Assembly: GCA_963771465.1 (NCBI GenBank)
Contig: CAVYTU010000014.1
Location: 1,096,598 to 1,160,597 of the forward strand
DNA: 64,000 bases
Direction: 5' to 3'
DNA from: an uncultured delta proteobacterium
Lineage (GTDB): Bacteria; Desulfobacterota; Binatia; UBA9968
This document shows positions 57,817-64,000 of the stretch, one piece after another. A model generated the notes under the pieces. That model ran no database searches and was not told the origin of the DNA. It was given only the letters and a program-made list of their open reading frames with translations. Each line of letters starts with the position of its first letter. Position 1 is the first letter of the stretch. A program made the position numbers and the translations under genes.

Positions 57817-60002
57817 GCAGATGTCGACACGACGATGGCTTTCGACACCGCTGTCGTGGTTCCTTTCTTGAGCCGGCTGACGTTTGAGGATATTGAGATT
57901 GGCCCATCTATTCTTAATAGTCGTGGGCGGTCCATGGTTGGCCGTCCCTGCGGCGGATTTTGTTTTCATTAAATTCGATCGCCATTTCCTTATAATTTAG
58001 CCCGCGTGCGCGCGCGTCCGCGATCGCATTGCGATGGATATCTTCGAGCAAGATAGGCTGTGTTGCCATCCGCTCGTAGCAGGCCATACACCATATCCCG
58101 AGTCCACGGCTTTCTCGATGCGCTTTTAAAGCCCTGCTCGTTGAAGTGCTCGGCAATCCACTCGATCGACTGCCCATCGCGATTTAGCTCAAAAGCCTTC
58201 TGCCGCAACGATAAATAGTCTGCCGGGAATCGATAGGGTTCAAGTCCCAGCTTGCGCAGTATCATGTAAAGCCTGCCGACCGTAATCTTCACAACTTGGC
58301 CAGTGGAGGTCTTTCCGGCCGCCAGATGCTCTTTTATTTCGAAAACCGTGAGCTTTTGCGCATGAAGCTCGCGGATAAGATTGTAGCGACCAACACCACG
58401 CCAGAGAACTAGCGCCGTTTGGCCGCCCGACTTCCAAAAAATCGTCGCATCGATTTTTTCCTTGGTCGCGCCACGACGATATGATCGATCAGGCAGCGCA
58501 AAATCTCCTTGCGCTCTTGGTTTGTCACCACCGCGTGGTGCCATAAGCTCGGCACATCGCTGGCAAGCCGGCAGAGCTCCTCCAACTCTTCCTCAGAATC
58601 GTTGGGTTTCGGCGCTGATTGCTCGAAAGCGATTTTACGCTCGAATTCTTCTCTTTCTTGAAGCACTTTTTCCAGTTTTTCGAGCGCATCGAAGTGTACC
58701 CGCGGGAAGACTACCACGAGTGAGATCAGCGCGCTCTCGTGCCCGATGTTCTTCATGCTTAAGCCGCTCGCGCTCCGCTTCAATCCAGTCAAGTCGCGCT
58801 CGCTCCTGGCTCTGAGATTCTTCCAATGCCGCCCTCAACATCTCAAGAGGCGGCGCTTCGAGAACTTTGAAAACTTCAGCAAGAATATATTGATCAAACT
58901 CATAACTGATAAACCGGGTACAAGGTTCTCTTTCCCAGCCGCAGCCATAGCTGTAACTCTTACCGCGATGATAATTCACACTGAGCATTTTCCCGCATAC
59001 CGTGCAGCGTAGTAATCCCTGGGTGAGCGCCGGCCCGCGGCCGGCACGATTACGGCGCACGAAGTGGTTATTGCGCAAGATGACCTTGATTTCCTCCCGC
59101 TGCTCCTGGGTCATATAAGCCGGATGGTGATTGGGCCATTTCACCCAGCGATGCTCAGGAACCTTAACGCGAGCCGATTGGCCGTTGGCCGACACCGGGT
59201 CCACCACGTTGCGATTCTGTTTTCCCGAAAACATAGGTCCCGTCATAGGCGGGATTTATAAGAAGACGTCTAACCCCGTCTAAGCTTGGTTTGGCGAAGC
59301 TCAGTTTAGCCCCGTGCCGGCCGGGTATTTTGACGCCGGCCTTGGCGAGTTCTTTCACGGTGCGTCGAATCGACCGTACGCGGAAGAACGTATCGATGAT
59401 CGTACGGATCGCGTCTTTGACTTCGGGATCGTAATCGTATTTGCCGTCGGCGCATTTTATCCAGCCGACCGGCAATGAGGACACGACGGCGCCCTGCCTT
59501 GGCTTTGGCCATTCTCGCATTACTCATATGCTCGGTGCGTTTTTTGTTTTCGTATTGCGCGATACTCGCCGTGATCTGGGTTAGAACCGATATCATTGGG
59601 ATTGCTCGGATCGCTGAATCGATTATCCAGACATAGGAGTGTCCCGTGATAGGAGGCGAGCAAACTCAAATCCTCGACCGGCAGCAGCTGCCGGCCTAAA
59701 CGAGAAATATTGGCAGCAAACACTACACCGACAGTGTGTGCGGCAATCGCATCTAGCATTCTTTTCCAGCCGGTTCGCCGATCGACGGTGGAACCGCTCT
59801 TGCCGAGATCTTCTTCGATGATTTCGATTATATCGTCCGGCCATCCATAAGCCCGCGCCAATTCGGCTTGTGTCCGTTGGAATGCTTGGCTGCCAGTATT
59901 TTTCTCAACCTGCTCAAGGCTGCTCTGTCGCAGATAGATCATGGCTTTGCGCCGCAGGTGCTCTGGCGTTATCAAGGGATGTGTAAGTTCGCTATTTTTC
60001 AC
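57813..60002 (-). pseudogene. Large serine recombinase 2 with C-terminal HTH-like repeats (multiple frameshifts)
   Basis: IYLRQSS.EQV..N, EEDLGKSG, SRLGR, LPVGW, NPAY.G, HHPAY, ALTQGLLRC..CG, W......ERK.ILR.LI, repeated IA..FN...K....PWT units; 3' end approximate. Confidence 0.85.
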
Positions 60003-60231
60003 TTGTTTTAATCCTCTCCTGGGCCATGATCCTGGCTGCGATCCTGGCTAACTGCCACTGAGCCGTTATTATCTCCGGCGTCGCGAGTTTCCGGATCGCT
60101 TCCGGTTTGGATCTTTGGCCGGCTTCAATCCGCTCTTTAATAGCCATGACGATCCTGCCGATCGTCCTGAGGCGCTTCGATATCCAGTATGGGTTGTTGG
60201 GGTTTTTCATCTTGGTTAGTATCCGTACCAC
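59992..60231 (-). CDS. Small basic helical protein overlapping the recombinase 2 start
   Basis: 79 aa; internal repeat LRTIGRIVMAIKERI / LARIAARIMAQERI. Confidence 0.5.
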   Translation of the reverse strand: MVRILTKMKNPNNPYWISKRLRTIGRIVMAIKERIEAGQRSKPEAIRKLATPEIITAQWQLARIAARIMAQERIKTSEK

Positions 60232-60297
60232 ACTTTTGAGCAGGTGCTTTCCGGATGCTAACAGAAGATAAATTTCTGCAACTTTCGTGACTTTTTT

Positions 60298-60678
60298 TCA
60301 TTTTCGTTTTTGCTTTCGCTGGCTTATCTGACCGGTTGAACTGCTATGTTCGGCCTGGATCGCCTCCTGCACTTCGATCATCGTCTCGCGGATCTCCTTT
60401 TCAAAGTATTTCCAGACCAGTTGCGCTAGATCCTGACACTCGGGCGTATGGATACCTTCGCCAACAGCGCTGGCGTCGATGGTGCCGCCCCCGTCCGGAA
60501 CGTCACATGGAAGAATTTTGGGTTTTGGGTTTCTATTCACTTCGTCATTGGTATTGCGCTCCTGCGCGGTGCGAAAATATTTCTTTTCACCGCCGCGCGA
60601 ATTCGCTATTCTCCTTACTAAGGGAAAAGTTTTGACAGGCAGTTTCCGGGTTTTAGTAACGATTCTGCGCGAAACCAC
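60298..60678 (-). CDS. Hypothetical island protein
   Basis: 126-aa ORF co-oriented with the recombinases; start uncertain. Confidence 0.35.
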   Translation of the reverse strand: MVSRRIVTKTRKLPVKTFPLVRRIANSRGGEKKYFRTAQERNTNDEVNRNPKPKILPCDVPDGGGTIDASAVGEGIHTPECQDLAQLVWKYFEKEIRETMIEVQEAIQAEHSSSTGQISQRKQKRK

Positions 60679-60715
60679 TCGCCACCATATTTCGGTCCCC
60701 CCATAAGGAGTTGCC

Positions 60716-61771
60716 GTGGACAGAGAGTCTCTAGATTTTGGTAACGATTCCGTATTGAACGACCCGGTGTTGGGTCAATGCGCGCATGGCAAGCGATGGG
60801 ATTTGTGTGAGATGGCCGATTGCCGGGAGATATGGCAGCTCTTGCAGGAGCAGCGGAAAGAACAGCGCAAAGACGAGGAAGACTGGAGGATCTCTGAGAT
60901 CTTCCCGAAAAGGCGAATGGAAGAAAATCTCAGTACGAAATAGCGTTGGAGCAGAAGTCGAAGAATCGGGTGGTAAGCAGTGACTATGAATACATTGCGA
61001 ACGCCAAGGCTGACGAGCTACCGGACGCAATTCCACCCCGCGCCCGGAAACTCTTGCAGAACATTTTTCCAGATGCCATTACGCTTCGAGCTGCTATTCA
61101 GTATAAAGCAGTGACACTACGCCAGGGACAGATATTGAAGGAGTATTTCGTTTCCGATGAGAGGCTGCCTGCTCATAAGCGGTGGGAGTCGATCGGAAGA
61201 AAGATCGGATTCTCTGGAAAGACCGTCGAGCGTGAGTTCCGAGGTCTAGTGGATAAGTTTCTCAAAACAAATGCCACGACCTGGTGAACCCGGAGCTGCA
61301 ATCGAAGTTGTCCATGTCCGCGGCGAACGCCGGCCGCGATATTACCGGAGACATTCGCTTCAGTTCGGCGAGTGGAGGCGCGAATGGTCCGAGTTGATTA
61401 CGGACCGGAAGATCATTCAGCAACTCCGCAAGGAAAGCGCACCGATGATCCGCTCCGACAGGACTCCGATTCTCTCGAGTCCGGTCAATCGGCTCTTTGG
61501 AGCGCTGATACGACAGTTAGCAAACGATCTACCGAAAGATGAGATGATATTTTATACGGACGTCAGGGCATCGGATTGGGAGTTTAATCTGCGCCGGGCG
61601 CAGCGCATTTTAGCAGGGAAAAATCATTCCACTGGGCCGTGGACCGCATGCAGAAGTAGCGAAGAAACTCGTGCGCGGTGGTCGCATATGTCGCGGTTGC
61701 CGCACGTATCTGATTCGCGGATTTCGGATAAACGGCCGCAAAATCACGCGGGCACGCGAATTCTGCGATAA
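60716..61771 (+). CDS. Island ORF(s) 60716-60943, 60946-61287 and 61271-61771; possibly one frameshifted gene with an HTH
   Basis: TAAGGAG RBS before GTG at 60716; WESIGRKIGFSGKTVEREF resembles a sigma region 4/HTH; abutting ORFs lack their own clear RBS. Confidence 0.4.
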
Positions 61772-62207
61772 CGCATGTAAAATGAAAGCTGAGCGGCGGA
61801 AGAAACGAAGACTTTTAGACGCTAGTCCAACCGTGCGTCGTTAGCATAACCAGTAAGAGGTTTTTCTGGCTCTGCCGGTTTCCTCGCCGTCATGCCCATC
61901 CACGGCGCTATCACACCCACGAACACGTGTTTCCCTGAAACATCTTGAATGAGGCGCCACGATTGAATGGATTGAAAGTTTTGAATCGATGTTCCAACTG
62001 TCAAACGCTCGGCATAATCCGATTCAACTTGGTACACCACCGTTAGCTGCACGTGTTGCACTTGAGGACCGCTCGGCTCTTCGGAGAAGCCCGGCGTATA
62101 AATAACGGCGGATTGGTGTTGCCGTTTTATTGCTTTGTTCGTGCTAATACTGATCTACGCAGCACGGACGGCGCAGATACCTCCGTGCCGGCTAGTTTCG
62201 GGTTGGA

Positions 62208-62358
62208 TTACGCTGTCCGGTTAAGCTCGCTCCATCGGTCCACAAAATTGTGCGCCGTCCAAGGCTTGCCGTCCCGTCGAGAGATTTTTTCACCGTTACT
62301 TTAAAGTTGAGTCCCAGTTCACCGGCTTCCGCAATCGCCTTGCGATGAATATTCTCTG
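62208..62358 (-). pseudogene. Remnant C-terminus of a recombinase 2 paralog
   Basis: ENIHRKAIAEAGELGLNFK/NGEKISRRDGKPWTAHNFVDRWSELNR aligns by eye to EDIHRNAIADARARGLNYK...NENKIRRRDGQPWTAH..KNRWANLN at about 57.9-58.05 kb. Confidence 0.8.
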
Positions 62359-62437
62359 TTGTCGAGTTGTTTCGAAACGCCTTTCGTTAGTACCGCCAAT
62401 GTCGAGATTGTAAAAAAAGCACGGGATGGTGCCGAGC

Positions 62438-62582
62438 ATGACGGCGATCCTTGAGTACATCGAGGTGTTCTAAAATCGTGAGCACGGACATCAATCGCTG
62501 AATTATCTCAGCCCGCTGGACTATTAAATAAAACTCGAGGACTGTTGCTCAACTTATTGTCCTCAAATCTGGGCTAACCATA
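62438..62582 (+). mobile_element. IS3-family transposase 3' remnant with degenerate right end
   Basis: AILEYIEVF*NREHGHQSLNYLSPLDY* matches the IS3 C-terminus (IFEYIEVFYN..R.HS.L.Y.SP..Y); IR-like TGTCCTCAAATCTGGGCTAACCA follows. Confidence 0.75.
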
Positions 62583-62742
62583 ATGATCATCTTCGTAGAG
62601 AGCCGAATTTGGGAACGCTGCAACTTGTTTGTCGGTTCGACAAACTCTTCCCCCTTCTTTCTGCGAAATTTAACCGATCCTTACATCTGGCCAGTGCCGA
62701 CATCGTCTCCCACACATTTTTTAAAAAGCATATACAATCTCT

Positions 62743-62893
62743 GTCCGATCGGACGGATTAGTCCGATAATGTTTGTGCGCCATTCTCTACTCACAAAAGT
62801 TCCAAGACGGCACTGGCCGTTACCTTATAATATAGAATGAAATAAATTTTGTTTTTCCATTGGGCAGGCCAAGCGTCGGACGGCCTTGTCCGA
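62743..62893. promoter_or_regulatory. Two TCGGAC-N6-GTCCGA palindromes (candidate activator sites)
   Basis: 62749-62766 TCGGACGGATTAGTCCGA and 62876-62893 TCGGACGGCCTTGTCCGA; extra half-site at 62743. Confidence 0.65.
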
Positions 62894-62957
62894 TTCAATG
62901 CCGGTGTGGAATTTCTTAAGTTCTTCTTTCAACTCTATTTTGTAATATCTTTTTCGC

Positions 62958-62972
62958 TGGCACGGTGATTGC
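62958..62972 (+). promoter_or_regulatory. Sigma54 (-24/-12) promoter
   Basis: TGGCACGGTGATTGC with exact GG-N10-GC spacing, 33 nt upstream of the ATG at 63006. Confidence 0.8.
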
Positions 62973-63005
62973 GGAAGGTTTGGCAGAAACGCAACCGCAT
63001 TGAAA

Positions 63006-63532
63006 ATGGCTAAAACTGAGAAGAACTGGTTTGCGGTCTACACAAAACCGCAGAAGGAAAAGTACGCTGAACTTAACCTGCGTCTCCGAGGAATCGATAC
63101 TTTCTTACCAAAGCTTTTTCTGCCTAAGTCCGCGAAGCGAACGAAACACGTCGTTGCTCTTTTTCCAAGCTATCTTTTCGTTCGCTGTGAGATTGTTTCA
63201 GAGGAATATGGCTCGATAGTTTGGTGTCCCGGAGTAAAACGATTGCTCGTTTCAATGGAACTCCGGCGATCGTTGACAACTCGATAGTGGAGTTTCTTAT
63301 GAGTCAAACAGCAGCAAATGGAGTGATCCCGTCTCGGTGTAACGTGGAAGTTGGACAAAAGGTTTCGATCGAAGGCGGTCCGTTTAGCGGACTGGTGGGA
63401 ATTATCCAGCAACCTCCTAACACACGGGGCCGTGTGAAAGTGCTATTGCAGCTACTTAATAGAGAAACAAATGTTGACGTTCCCGTTCAGTTGATAAGTG
63501 CAAGTTGGGTAACTCAAGCCCAACCGGGATAA
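63006..63532 (+). CDS. Specialised NusG paralog (RfaH/UpxY-like antiterminator), frameshift near 63245
   Basis: NGN domain WFAVYTKP.KE, LFPSYLFV, PGV; KOW domain VGQKV.IEGGPFSGL.G...RVKVLL.LL in the next frame. Confidence 0.85.
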
Positions 63533-64000
63533 AGTCAAGAGTTGGGCACGAGTTCAAAACTCGCTCTCGTATGATTTCGAACACCTCATGTTATGAAAAA
63601 AATGTTCTCACGAACTAAGTTACGTAGTAACGACTGTCTCCGTCGTGTGCTAGAGATGAGACTCTAAAGGTTTCGCCTTCGTTGTTGAAATCTAAAAGAG
63701 GCTTAGGCCGACACGGCGGAGCTATATTCATGAAATCTCACCCCACCGTTGCTGTCCGGGCATATTTATCGGTGCTTGTTAATATCTGCGCACCCGGATT
63801 TCGCGTGTCCGTAGCATCTTGGATGATACTTACGTCCTGTACGCCAGCCGCTATCCGACCAAGCATGCCACAGTCCTCTAAAGTCAGTGGGACGGGGGCT
63901 TCGGAAATCAATAAAGCGCTAGCTAATTTGGCGACGCATACCGCTTTTACAACAGCAGACTATCACATCGGGCCCGAAGACCTTTTGCAGATTACGCTAT

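Noticed and set aside
61822-62061. 79-aa minus-strand island ORF
   Set aside because: No RBS or motif, and it lies in a decayed region; cannot be supported as a gene.

Overview
GC-rich bacterial chromosome segment. Gene content and style suggest a Deltaproteobacteria-like lineage, possibly Ca. Binatia (inference only). About 1-56.2 kb is mostly housekeeping and transport: a UXX-star glutaredoxin-like selenoprotein (in-frame UGA plus SECIS, truncated by the ORF caller), split glutaminase + nadE, rsmI, acylphosphatase, an RRM protein, ligA, TPR/LolB-like lipoproteins, an interrupted peptide ABC transporter, greA with a leader terminator, a six-gene MoxR/DUF58/VWA membrane operon, an RHH-MazF TA pair, era, der, dprA, topA, trmFO, ppx, HU, ilvE, an interrupted phnDC/phnE transporter, nadK, recN and tRNA-Ala(GGC). 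From tRNA-Ala to the end is a lower-GC integrated island. It has two tandem, heavily frameshifted large serine recombinases (the first ends inside the tRNA), small ORFs, remnants of an older recombinase paralog and an IS3, and a sigma54-driven RfaH/UpxY-like gene. Most notable: the selenoprotein; an apparently foreign ligA beside a decayed second ligA; a cNMP-binding patatin with cyclase and CHAT relics inside the phn operon; dispersed inverted 7/8/9-mer periodic repeats at gene junctions; and the twin-recombinase tRNA island. All calls are by eye, with no database searches.
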